From the NCBI GenBank assembly GCA_963748015.1, contig CAVVHE010000004.1, positions 832,001 to 896,000 of the forward strand: a DNA stretch of 64,000 nucleotides, written 5' to 3'. Source of the DNA: Terriglobia bacterium (GTDB lineage: Bacteria; Acidobacteriota; Polarisedimenticolia; Polarisedimenticolales; JAIQFR01). The notes under the pieces were generated by a model. The model worked only from the letters and a program-made list of their open reading frames with translations. It did no database searches and was not told the DNA's origin. The position numbers and the translations under genes are program-made. The first letter of the stretch is position 1, and each line of letters opens with the position of its first letter. Below, in pieces: positions 55,867-64,000 of the stretch.

Positions 55867-57969
55867 TCACCACTCGGAGAGCCGGCGGATCGCCTCCAGG
55901 ATGTCCCCGACCTGCGGGAGGATGAAGTCCTCGAGCTCCGGGGCGTACGCCACGAAGGTGTCGGTCGCCGCGAGGCGCCGGACCGGCGCGTCGAGGTCCG
56001 AGTACAGCTCCTCGCCGATCCTCGCCGCGATCTCCGCGCCGTAACCCCACGAGAGCGAGTCCTCGGTCAGCACGAGGACCTTGCTGGTCTTCCGCACCGA
56101 CGAGGCGATCGCATCCCAGTCGACGGGCGACAGGGAGCGAAGATCGAGTACCTCGACCGAGATGCCGGACTCTTCCGCCTCCCGCGCGGCGGCGACGGCG
56201 CGCGTCACCGTGGCGCCGTACGTGACGACCGTGACGTCGGAACCTTCGCGCGCGACGGACGCCCGCCCGAGGGGGACCATGAAGTCGGGGCCGGGGTACG
56301 CCGCCTTGTTGTGGGTCTGGCGGTAGAGGTGCTTGTGCTCGAGGAAGAGGACGGGGTCGTCGCAGCGTATCGCGGTCCGAAGGAGGCCGTTCGCGTCGAG
56401 GGCATTCGAGGGGCAGACCACGCGAAGCCCGGGATGGGCCGTGAAGAGGGACGCGCCGGTCTGGCTGTGGTAGGTCGCGCCGCCCTTGATGTACCCGCCG
56501 TAGGCGACGCGGATCACGACCGGCGACGCGAACGTGCCGTTCGAGCGCCATCGCATCGTGGCCAGCTCGTCCCGGATCTGCATGTACGCGGGCCAGATGT
56601 AGTCGAAGAACTGGATTTCGACGACGGGCTTCAGCCCCCGGAGCGCCATCCCGATCGCGCGCCCGACGATGTTCGCCTCCGCGAGCGGCGAGTTGAACAC
56701 GCGCTCGGATCCGAATTCGCGCTGCAGGCCCCACGTGACCTTGAAGACGCCTCCCTTCCCCTTGACGCGCGGGAGCGTCTCTTGCCGCGAGGCGTCGGCG
56801 ACGTCCTGGCCGAAGAGCACGATGCGCGGGTCCCGCCGCATCTCGTCGCGGAGGCAGCGGTTGATCAGATCCACCATCGTGGTCGGGGTCCCCTCCGGAG
56901 CCGCCTCGGAGGAGAAGGCGTCCGCGGTCGGGTCCACGTCCTCCGAGTACACGTGCCGGAGCGCGGATTCGGGCTCCGGGCGCGCGGCGGAGAGCGCGTG
57001 ATCCGCCGCCGCATCGACCTCCTCCGAGACCTGCGCCTCGATGGCGTCGAGGACGCCGCGATCCACGATGGACTCCGCGAGGAGAAGCTCGGTGAAGCTG
57101 CGGATCGGCTCGCGCGCCGCCTCCGCGTCCCGCTCCTCGGGGGTCCGGTAGAGGGTCTCGTCGTCGGAGAGGGAGTGGCTCATCGGGCGGATCACGTGAG
57201 CGTGCACCAGGGCCGGCCCTCGCCGGGCCCGGCAGTGCTCCGCTGCCGCGCGCAGGGCGTCGTGCGAGGCCAGGGGGTCGCAGCCGTCCACCTCGCGGAT
57301 GAGGAGGTCCGGGAAGCTCGCGACGAGGCGGCTGATGCTCCCGCCCGGCGTGTTGACCTCGACGGGAACCGAGATCGCGTAGCCGTTGTCCTCGATCAGG
57401 AAGACCACGGGGAGCTTCAGGTTGCTCGCGGTCGAGAGGGCCTCCCAGAACTCCCCCTCGCTCGTGGTGCCGTCCCCCGAAGTGACCAGGACGACCTCGT
57501 CGTCCTCGAACCGAACGTCCGAGGAATCCACCCCCGCGGCGCGGCGCGAGACCTCCGCGCACCCGACCGCCTGGAGGAACTGCGTGCCGGTGGGGGAGGA
57601 GACGCTGGCGATGTGGAGCGGGGCGGACGAGTAGTGCGAGGGCATCTGGCGTCCGCCCGTCTGGGGGCATTCCGAGGAGCCGACGGCCTGGAGGAGCATG
57701 TCGCGCGGGGTCATGCCGAGGGACAGGCAAGCCGCGCGGTCGCGGTAGTAAAAGAAGAACCAATCGCGTCCCGGCCGGAACACGAGGCCGATCGCGGCGC
57801 CGAGCGCTTCGTGTCCGACGCCGTTGATCTGGAAGTAGATCCGGTTCTGCCGCTTGAGCTGGATCTCCTTCTCGTCCACCTTGCGGGACAGGAGCATGGT
57901 GCGGTACACCCCGAGAAGGGCGTTTCGGTCGAGCCCTCTCAAGGTACGTGATTCGGTTTCGGCTCCCAC
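55867..57969 (-). CDS. 2-oxoacid dehydrogenase E1, fused alpha/beta (BCKDH/PDH-like)
   Basis: YYRD; GRQMPSH; GDG..N TPP motif; [26 protein letters not shown] start after GAGGAG. Confidence 0.93.
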   Translation of the reverse strand: MGAETESRTLRGLDRNALLGVYRTMLLSRKVDEKEIQLKRQNRIYFQINGVGHEALGAAIGLVFRPGRDWFFFYYRDRAACLSLGMTPRDMLLQAVGSSECPQTGGRQMPSHYSSAPLHIASVSSPTGTQFLQAVGCAEVSRRAAGVDSSDVRFEDDEVVLVTSGDGTTSEGEFWEALSTASNLKLPVVFLIEDNGYAISVPVEVNTPGGSISRLVASFPDLLIREVDGCDPLASHDALRAAAEHCRARRGPALVHAHVIRPMSHSLSDDETLYRTPEERDAEAAREPIRSFTELLLAESIVDRGVLDAIEAQVSEEVDAAADHALSAARPEPESALRHVYSEDVDPTADAFSSEAAPEGTPTTMVDLINRCLRDEMRRDPRIVLFGQDVADASRQETLPRVKGKGGVFKVTWGLQREFGSERVFNSPLAEANIVGRAIGMALRGLKPVVEIQFFDYIWPAYMQIRDELATMRWRSNGTFASPVVIRVAYGGYIKGGATYHSQTGASLFTAHPGLRVVCPSNALDANGLLRTAIRCDDPVLFLEHKHLYRQTHNKAAYPGPDFMVPLGRASVAREGSDVTVVTYGATVTRAVAAAREAEESGISVEVLDLRSLSPVDWDAIASSVRKTSKVLVLTEDSLSWGYGAEIAARIGEELYSDLDAPVRRLAATDTFVAYAPELEDFILPQVGDILEAIRRLSEW

Positions 57970-58061
57970 GACACTCTCCTCGGACGCGGGCGTTGCGAAG
58001 GTCGCTGCACGCCGCCCGCCGGACGGAGGACGTCGCCGCCGCGGGCGGTTTCCATGATAGA

Positions 58062-58964
58062 TCATTTTGGTACGGTTTTGGAGGAGCCCACCGCAACCGC
58101 GGGCTCGAGGAGCAGGAGCGAGCCCCCTCCGGAGCCGTAGTTCGTTCGCGCCACCGCGATACGGCCTCCGGCGAGGGCGATCGGGCCGCTGGCGAGCATT
58201 CCCTTGCCGGACGGCACCTGGAACGCTCCGAGACGGGAGCCGTCGTAGACGTCGATGGCGAGGAGCGAGGCGCCACCGTCGGGGACCACGAGCACCATCT
58301 CGATTTCCACCTCGGTCGCGGGGCGGCCGGGGGCCGCCTCGACGGGAAGCTTGCCGTGCCACGCCGCCAGCGGCCGGGATATCCTGTCGTCGAGGTCGAC
58401 CGCCCAGAGCCTGTGGCCGTTCTTCCGGCGAACGCAGTAGACCTGATTGTCGAGCGAGCCGTAGAGCACGCGGCCCCCCATGATGATCGCGGGAGCCAGG
58501 GTCGCGCCGGGCGCGCGCAGGCTCCAGTCGTGCCGGAAGCGCCGGAAGATCAGCCCCTTCTTCTGCGCTTCGACCCTCCCGGCGGGGAGCGTCCGGACGC
58601 GGGATTTCCCGTCGTCCGACAGCACCCAGGCCGACGCGGCATCCGGCGAGGCAGGCTCCTCGCCCTCGAAAAGGAGCGCCGCCTCCTTGGCGAGCTCGAC
58701 CGCCGCGATGCCCCCCTCCACGGGAACCAGGAGCCGCCCGCCGTCGAGCACCGGCTCCTGCCCCGTCGGGGATGCGGGAAGGGGAATCTCGGCAACCACC
58801 TTGAAGACGACCGCCGGCGGCGTCTGCCCCTTTCGCGCGGGAAGGGCCGCAGGGTAGTCGTTCGGCGATTCCGTGGTCGTCGGAATCGACTGGGCCAGCG
58901 CGGCGGATGCCGCGAGGAAGATCGCGGCGACCCACCAGCCCCGACCACCTGAAAGCTGCAGCAT
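58062..58964 (-). CDS. exported PQQ-like beta-propeller protein
   Basis: Signal peptide; [19 protein letters not shown] and [10 protein letters not shown] blade motifs. Confidence 0.65.
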   Translation of the reverse strand: MLQLSGGRGWWVAAIFLAASAALAQSIPTTTESPNDYPAALPARKGQTPPAVVFKVVAEIPLPASPTGQEPVLDGGRLLVPVEGGIAAVELAKEAALLFEGEEPASPDAASAWVLSDDGKSRVRTLPAGRVEAQKKGLIFRRFRHDWSLRAPGATLAPAIIMGGRVLYGSLDNQVYCVRRKNGHRLWAVDLDDRISRPLAAWHGKLPVEAAPGRPATEVEIEMVLVVPDGGASLLAIDVYDGSRLGAFQVPSGKGMLASGPIALAGGRIAVARTNYGSGGGSLLLLEPAVAVGSSKTVPK

Positions 58965-59148
58965 GCGGCCTCTCCTCGTCGCTTCGCTCCGCGAGAGAGG
59001 CCGATTGTAGCCCGCCTTGCGCCGAGCGCCCCACCTTCCCCGCGGCCCCATCCGCGATTCGCGCTCGGCGCTCCCCGGACCGCCGGCGAGGCGGCGGGGT
59101 TTTCCCCGATCGCGGCTGCCGAGAGAGGGGGCGGCCTCGCGCAACCAT

Positions 59149-59177
59149 TTGCCTATACAGGATTTATGTGCTAAAAG
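59149..59177 (+). promoter_or_regulatory. sigma70 promoter for hisS-aspS
   Basis: TTGCCT-17 nt-TAAAAG with TGn, in an AT-rich patch. Confidence 0.5.
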
Positions 59178-59216
59178 CACCGGACTCCCCGGAGGAGCGC
59201 GAGGAAAAGTGTCCCG

Positions 59217-60485
59217 ATGAAGAGCCGCTACCACACGATTCGAGGGACGCGGGATATTCTGCCCGACGAGGTCGGCCGCTGGCAGTTCGTGGAACGGGTA
59301 GCTCGGGACGTTTTCGAGCGTTACGGCTTCCAGGAGGTCCGCACACCGGTCCTCGAGTCCACGGAGTTGTTCGCTCGCTCGGTGGGGGAGTCCACGGACA
59401 TCGTTCGCAAGGAGATGTTCTCCTTCCTGGCCGGCGACGAGAAGGTGACGTTGCGGCCGGAGGCGACGGCGCCGGTGGTGCGGACATTCGTCGAGAACGC
59501 GCTGCACCGGACGGTCGCGGCGGGATTCCCGGAGCGCTACTACTACATCGGCCCGATGTTCCGGTACGAACGGCCCCAGAAGGGACGGCAACGTCAGTTC
59601 CACCAGATCGGCGCGGAGGTCCTCGGAGCGGCGGAGCCGCTGGCGGACGCGGAGACGATCGCGATGCTCTGGACCTTCCTCGACGCCCTCGGCATCGGGG
59701 ACCGCGAGCTGACGATCAACTCCGTGGGCGACGCCGCCTGCCGCCCCGCGTTCCGGAAAGCGCTTCTCGAGTGGCTCGAGCCCCGCAAGGAGCAGCTCTG
59801 CGAGGACTGCCGGCGGCGCGCCGAGGAGAACCCGCTCAGGGTGTTCGATTGCAAGGTGGAGGCCGATCGGAAGCTGATCGAGGACGCTCCGACCGTGCTC
59901 GACCACCTTTGCGGGGAGTGCGAGGCGCACTTCGCGGAGGTGAGGGCGATCCTCGACGACTACGGGATCCCGTACCGCGTGGATCGCCGGATCGTGCGGG
60001 GACTCGACTACTACCAGCGGACGGTGTTCGAGGTGCTCTCGCGGGGCCTCGGATCGCAGAATGCCATCCTCGGCGGGGGGCGCTACGACGGCCTCGTGGA
60101 GGAGATGGGCGGCCCCCCGGTGCCCGGATTCGGCTTCGCGATCGGGATGGAGCGCCTGATCCTGCTCCTCCCGCCCGACCGCGGCAAGGGCTCCGGGGCC
60201 GACGTGCTCCTGGTCTGTCTCGGCTCGGAGGCTTGGCGCGCTTCGATCGGGCTTGCGCGGCGCCTCCGGGGAGCGGGACTTCGCGTCGCGATGCCCCTCG
60301 TGGAGCGGCCGATGGGGGCGCAGCTCAAGCGCGCCGAGCGAGTGCGCGCGCGCTATGCCCTCTTCGTGGGCGAGGGGGAGCTCGCCGCGGGGCGATACGG
60401 GCTCAAGGACCTCGCGAGCGGCGAGCAGGTCACCGTGGACGAGCCGGGCCTTCTGGCCCGGCTGGGAGGGACCGATGGGAAATGA
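59217..60485 (+). CDS. hisS: histidine--tRNA ligase
   Basis: RGTRD; LRPEAT; FRYERPQKGRQRQFHQ; VRGLDYY; GGRYDG; GFAIGMER. Confidence 0.98.
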   Translation: MKSRYHTIRGTRDILPDEVGRWQFVERVARDVFERYGFQEVRTPVLESTELFARSVGESTDIVRKEMFSFLAGDEKVTLRPEATAPVVRTFVENALHRTVAAGFPERYYYIGPMFRYERPQKGRQRQFHQIGAEVLGAAEPLADAETIAMLWTFLDALGIGDRELTINSVGDAACRPAFRKALLEWLEPRKEQLCEDCRRRAEENPLRVFDCKVEADRKLIEDAPTVLDHLCGECEAHFAEVRAILDDYGIPYRVDRRIVRGLDYYQRTVFEVLSRGLGSQNAILGGGRYDGLVEEMGGPPVPGFGFAIGMERLILLLPPDRGKGSGADVLLVCLGSEAWRASIGLARRLRGAGLRVAMPLVERPMGAQLKRAERVRARYALFVGEGELAAGRYGLKDLASGEQVTVDEPGLLARLGGTDGK

Positions 60486-62262
60486 CGTCGCGCGGCTGCT
60501 GCACCGGACCGCGGGGTGCGGGCGAATCTCCGAGGCGGACGCGGCGTCCCGCCGCGAGGTGGTGCTCACCGGCTGGGTGCACCGCCGCCGGGACCTCGGG
60601 AACCTCATCTTCGTCGAGATGCGGGACGCGACCGGACGCGTCCAGATCGTCTTCGATCCGTCGAGCGCCCCCGAGGCCCACGCCGCCGCCCAGCACCTCC
60701 ACGCGGAGGACGTCGTGGGGGTGCGCGGCGCGGCGGTGCCGCGAGAAGCGATCAACCCGGACCACCCGACCGGACGCGTCGAGGTGCGAGTCGCGGAGCT
60801 CGTGATCCACAACCGGGCGGTCTTCGTTCCGTTCCCGGTGGACGAGGAGTCGGAGGCGAACGAGGAGGTGCGGCTGACGCACCGGTACGTGGACCTCAGG
60901 CGGCCTCGCCTGCAGGCCGCGCTGCGGATGCGCCACCGCCTCGCCGTCGCGGGACGCGGCGTGCTCGACGATCTCGGCTTCGTGGAGATCGAGACGCCGA
61001 TGCTCACGCGCTCGACGCCCGAGGGCGCCCGGGACTACCTCGTGCCGAGCAGGGTCCACCCAGGCCAGTTCTACGCCCTCCCGCAGTCCCCGCAGCTGTT
61101 CAAGCAGCTCCTGATGGTGGCGGGATTCGAGCGCTACTACCAGTTCGCCCGCTGCTTCCGCGACGAGGACCTGCGGGCGGACCGCCAGCCCGAGTTCACG
61201 CAGATCGACATCGAGATGTCCTTCGCCGAGCCCGAAACGATCTACGGCGTCGTGGAGCCGATCCTGGTCAGGATGTTTCGCGAGATCGGGGTCGACATCC
61301 CGGTCCCCTTCCGGCGGATGCCCTTCGCCGAGGCGATGGAGCGCTTCGGCAGCGACCGGCCGGACACCCGCTTCGGACTCGAGCTCCGCGACGCCGGGAG
61401 CTCCGCGTCCGGGAGCGGCTTCGCGGTCTTCGATTCGGCCCTGTCGAGCGGGGGGGCCGTGCGCGGCCTAGCGATCCCCGGCGGAGGGGACGCCTCGCGG
61501 AAGACGCTGGACACGTGGACCGCGTGGGCGCGGGAGGCGGGGGCGAAGGGGCTCGTGACGGTGAAGCTCGAGGCGGGCGGCGGGGTAGCCTCGCCCGCGC
61601 TCAAGGCGCTAGGCGAGGAGAGGACACGCGAGATCGCGGCGGCCGTGGGCGCGTCGGCCGGCGACGCGGCGGTCTTCGTCGCGGATGCGCGCGACGTGTG
61701 CAACCGGGTGCTGGGCTCGCTCAGGCTGAGGATCGCCTCGGAGCTGAAGCTCGCGGCCGCGGGACGCTGGGACCTCCTGTGGGTGGAGGGGTTTCCCCTC
61801 CTGCAGTGGGAGCCCGCCGAGCGGCGATTCGTCGCCTGCCATCACCCTTTCACCGCGCCGCGGTGGGGGGACCTCGACAGGCTGGAGTCCGATCCCGGCT
61901 CCGTCCAGGCGCAGGCCTACGACCTGGTGCTGAACGGGACGGAGATCGCCGGGGGGAGCATCCGGATCCACAGCAAGGAGATCCAGGAGCGGGTGTTCCG
62001 CTCGCTGTCCATCTCTCCCGAGGAAGCCACGGCGAAGTTCGGCTTCCTCCTGCGGGCCCTCGAAGCCGGGGCGCCGCCGCACGGAGGGATTGCGTTCGGG
62101 TTCGACCGGGTCTGCGCGATGCTGGCCGGGGCCGACTCGATCCGCGACGTCATCGCCTTCCCGAAGACGACGAGCGCCTCGTGCTTGATGACGGCGTCGC
62201 CCGCTCCCGTGGAGCCCGCGCAGCTTCGCGACCTTCACCTCCGCGTGACCGACCGGGAGTGA
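60475..62262 (+). CDS. aspS: aspartate--tRNA ligase
   Basis: GWVHRRRDLG; STPEGARD; LPQSPQLFKQ; RQPEFTQ; GAD insert; PPHGG; FPKT. Confidence 0.98.
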   Translation: MGNDVARLLHRTAGCGRISEADAASRREVVLTGWVHRRRDLGNLIFVEMRDATGRVQIVFDPSSAPEAHAAAQHLHAEDVVGVRGAAVPREAINPDHPTGRVEVRVAELVIHNRAVFVPFPVDEESEANEEVRLTHRYVDLRRPRLQAALRMRHRLAVAGRGVLDDLGFVEIETPMLTRSTPEGARDYLVPSRVHPGQFYALPQSPQLFKQLLMVAGFERYYQFARCFRDEDLRADRQPEFTQIDIEMSFAEPETIYGVVEPILVRMFREIGVDIPVPFRRMPFAEAMERFGSDRPDTRFGLELRDAGSSASGSGFAVFDSALSSGGAVRGLAIPGGGDASRKTLDTWTAWAREAGAKGLVTVKLEAGGGVASPALKALGEERTREIAAAVGASAGDAAVFVADARDVCNRVLGSLRLRIASELKLAAAGRWDLLWVEGFPLLQWEPAERRFVACHHPFTAPRWGDLDRLESDPGSVQAQAYDLVLNGTEIAGGSIRIHSKEIQERVFRSLSISPEEATAKFGFLLRALEAGAPPHGGIAFGFDRVCAMLAGADSIRDVIAFPKTTSASCLMTASPAPVEPAQLRDLHLRVTDRE

Positions 62263-62292
62263 GATCCGGGCTAGGGCGTGGGCGGATGCGCG

Positions 62293-62322
62293 TTGACCCC
62301 CGAGAATCGCATGTGCTATAGC
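62293..62322 (+). promoter_or_regulatory. sigma70 promoter for the lipoprotein-phoH run
   Basis: TTGACC-18 nt-TATAGC with TGn. Confidence 0.45.
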
Positions 62323-62353
62323 GTGGTTCGGTGGGGAGGAGGAGCGGGCTCGC

Positions 62354-62911
62354 ATGCTTCGGAGAGTTCCTCGGAGGAGCGCCGGGCTAGTCGTCTCAGC
62401 CTCTCTCGCGTTGGTCGCCGGGGCGTGCTGCCGGAAGCCGCCCTCGTCGGTCGTCGAGGTCAACTTGGCCTTGAGCCGGGCGAAGGACGCCTGCGCGGCC
62501 GTCTACGCGCCGCAGGAGCTCGCGGACGTCGAGCGCCGGGTCGAGGCGATGAACCGGCTCGCCGACGCCGGCAAGTGCCGGTCGGCCGGCTCCGCCGCCG
62601 AGCCGATGAAGCCGGAAGTGATGGCATTCTGCTCCCTGGTGGAAGCGCGCAAGGATCTAGCGCGGTCGGAGGCGGGGCGCGCCCTCGCCGATGCGGACGC
62701 GGCGATGGCGCGCGCGAGAGGCGGGGCCGCCGAACCGCCGTCGCCCGGAGCCCTCGATGCAGCGGAGCGAGCGCTGTCCATGGCGCGGAGAATGGGCGAA
62801 GACGCCTGCGCGTACCTCCGGGCGGCGGCGCTCGCTCGCGAGGCGGCCGAGGCGGCCGGAGGAGCGCGCGCCGCGGCGGTGGACGGCGGCGGAGAGGCAC
62901 GGCGAAACTGA
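62354..62911 (+). CDS. Ala-rich helical lipoprotein (DUF4398-like)
   Basis: Lipobox LVAGA-C; AVYAPQEL; helical Ala/Arg repeats with paired Cys. Confidence 0.55.
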   Translation: MLRRVPRRSAGLVVSASLALVAGACCRKPPSSVVEVNLALSRAKDACAAVYAPQELADVERRVEAMNRLADAGKCRSAGSAAEPMKPEVMAFCSLVEARKDLARSEAGRALADADAAMARARGGAAEPPSPGALDAAERALSMARRMGEDACAYLRAAALAREAAEAAGGARAAAVDGGGEARRN

Positions 62912-62912
62912 C

Positions 62913-63923
62913 ATGAAGACCCTCGATCTCGGCCCACGGTCTCTCGAGGTCCTCTCGGGAACCCTAGACGAGACGCTCCGGTTGATCGAGGAGCGTTTCG
63001 GAGTTCGCGTGTCGGCGCGCGGAGACCGCGTAACGGTCGACGCCGACGGAGTGGACGGTCCCGCGAGGGAGGCCCGGGTCGAGGGCCTCTTGAGGCAGTT
63101 GGTCGGGCTCCACGATCGCGGTGTCGCCCTCCGAAAGGAAGACGTGCGAACGGCCATCGGGCTCGTCGAGCGCGATCCCGCGGTCCGCCTTGCCGACCAC
63201 TTCGTGCACGCCCGGCTCAAGCCGTCCGCGAAGAAGGCGGTGGTGCCGAAGTCCGCCAACCAGAGGCGGTACCTCGAGGCGATCCGCGACAACGACATGG
63301 TCATCGCGATCGGTCCCGCCGGGACCGGCAAGACCTACCTCGCGGTCGCGATGGCGATCACCTTGCTGCAGGAGAAACGGGTCCAGCGGATCATTCTCGC
63401 GAGGCCCGCGGTCGAGGCGGGGGAGCGCCTCGGGTTCCTCCCCGGGGACATCGCGGCCAAGGTGGATCCTTATCTCCGTCCGCTCTACGACGCTCTGTAC
63501 GACATGCTCGAGCCCGACCGGATCGAGAGCCTCCTCGAGCGAAGCATCATCGAGGTCGCCCCGCTCGCGTTCATGCGCGGCAGGACGCTGAACGAGTCCT
63601 TCGTGATCCTGGACGAAGGACAGAACACGACGTCCGAGCAGATGAAGATGTTCCTGACTCGAATCGGCTTCGACTCGAAGGCGGTCGTCACGGGCGACGT
63701 GACCCAGATCGACCTGCCTGCCGAGCGAATGTCGGGCCTCGTCGAGGCGAGAGAGGTCCTCTCGGGGATCCCGGGCATCGAGTTCGTGCATTTCGACGAG
63801 ACGGACGTCGTGCGCCACCCGCTCGTGCAGCAGATCATCCTGGCCTACGACCGGCGCGCGGCATCGCGGCGCGAGCCGCGTCCCGGCAAGAACGGTGCAG
63901 CGCCGGCGGAGACCGATCGATGA
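62913..63923 (+). CDS. phoH: PhoH family ATPase (YbeZ type)
   Basis: GPAGTGKT; RPAVEAGERLGFLPG; AFMRGRT; DEGQN; GDVTQIDL; DVVRH. Confidence 0.96.
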   Translation: MKTLDLGPRSLEVLSGTLDETLRLIEERFGVRVSARGDRVTVDADGVDGPAREARVEGLLRQLVGLHDRGVALRKEDVRTAIGLVERDPAVRLADHFVHARLKPSAKKAVVPKSANQRRYLEAIRDNDMVIAIGPAGTGKTYLAVAMAITLLQEKRVQRIILARPAVEAGERLGFLPGDIAAKVDPYLRPLYDALYDMLEPDRIESLLERSIIEVAPLAFMRGRTLNESFVILDEGQNTTSEQMKMFLTRIGFDSKAVVTGDVTQIDLPAERMSGLVEAREVLSGIPGIEFVHFDETDVVRHPLVQQIILAYDRRAASRREPRPGKNGAAPAETDR

Positions 63924-64000
63924 CCGACGGGTCGTCCCCGCCGCGGACGCGGTCCGCGAGTCGGTTCGGCCTCCCCGCCGGATTGCGCGTCTCGGCGCGC
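63920..64000 (+). CDS. possible 5' fragment of the next gene, truncated by the window end
   Basis: ATG overlapping the phoH stop (ATGA) and open to the window edge; too short to identify. Confidence 0.3.
   Translation, partial: MTDGSSPPRTRSASRFGLPAGLRVSAR

Noticed and set aside
55867..61007. 1093-aa and 981-aa ORFs suggesting large fusions
   Set aside because: Stop-poor high-GC extensions overlapping real genes; the true starts are 57969 (E1) and 58964 (beta-propeller).

Overview
High-GC bacterial chromosome segment made almost entirely of core, vertically inherited genes. A short pheT, rpsF-rpsR-rplI without ssb, ispE-spoVG-tRNA-Gln-prs and LPS genes suggest a diderm, probably Acidobacteriota (inference). 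It carries a sigma54 two-component pair with a lipoprotein and a beta-barrel gene, a class I lysyl-tRNA synthetase, and a long minus-strand operon (tRNA-Val, thrS, rpmI, rplT, pheST, zapB-like, zapA, 6S RNA, rny, ymdB, ispA, tlyA, nadK, MFS). It also has carA, dnaB, an envC/S41/TPR/lolB-like/ispE/spoVG/tRNA-Gln/prs/rplY/pth/rpsF/rpsR/rplI run, hemH, waaF, nfnAB, a three-gene acyl-CoA carboxylase, an E1 alpha-beta fusion, and hisS-aspS-phoH. I saw no CRISPR array, prophage, integrase or transposase. Most notable: (1) an RNase Y whose HD-domain metal ligands are replaced (HD>HE, HH>LH, D>N) while the KH domain is intact, directly downstream of 6S RNA; (2) an S41/CtpA homolog lacking both catalytic residues and carrying a +1 frameshift; (3) two unrelated ~190-240 bp non-coding elements bounded by perfect 28-bp inverted repeats between convergent genes; (4) an IscR/Rrf2-type palindrome upstream of yceI; (5) a cupredoxin with a remodelled three-Cys site; (6) infC missing from the thrS-rpmI-rplT operon. 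All calls come from reading the sequence; no database searches were run.
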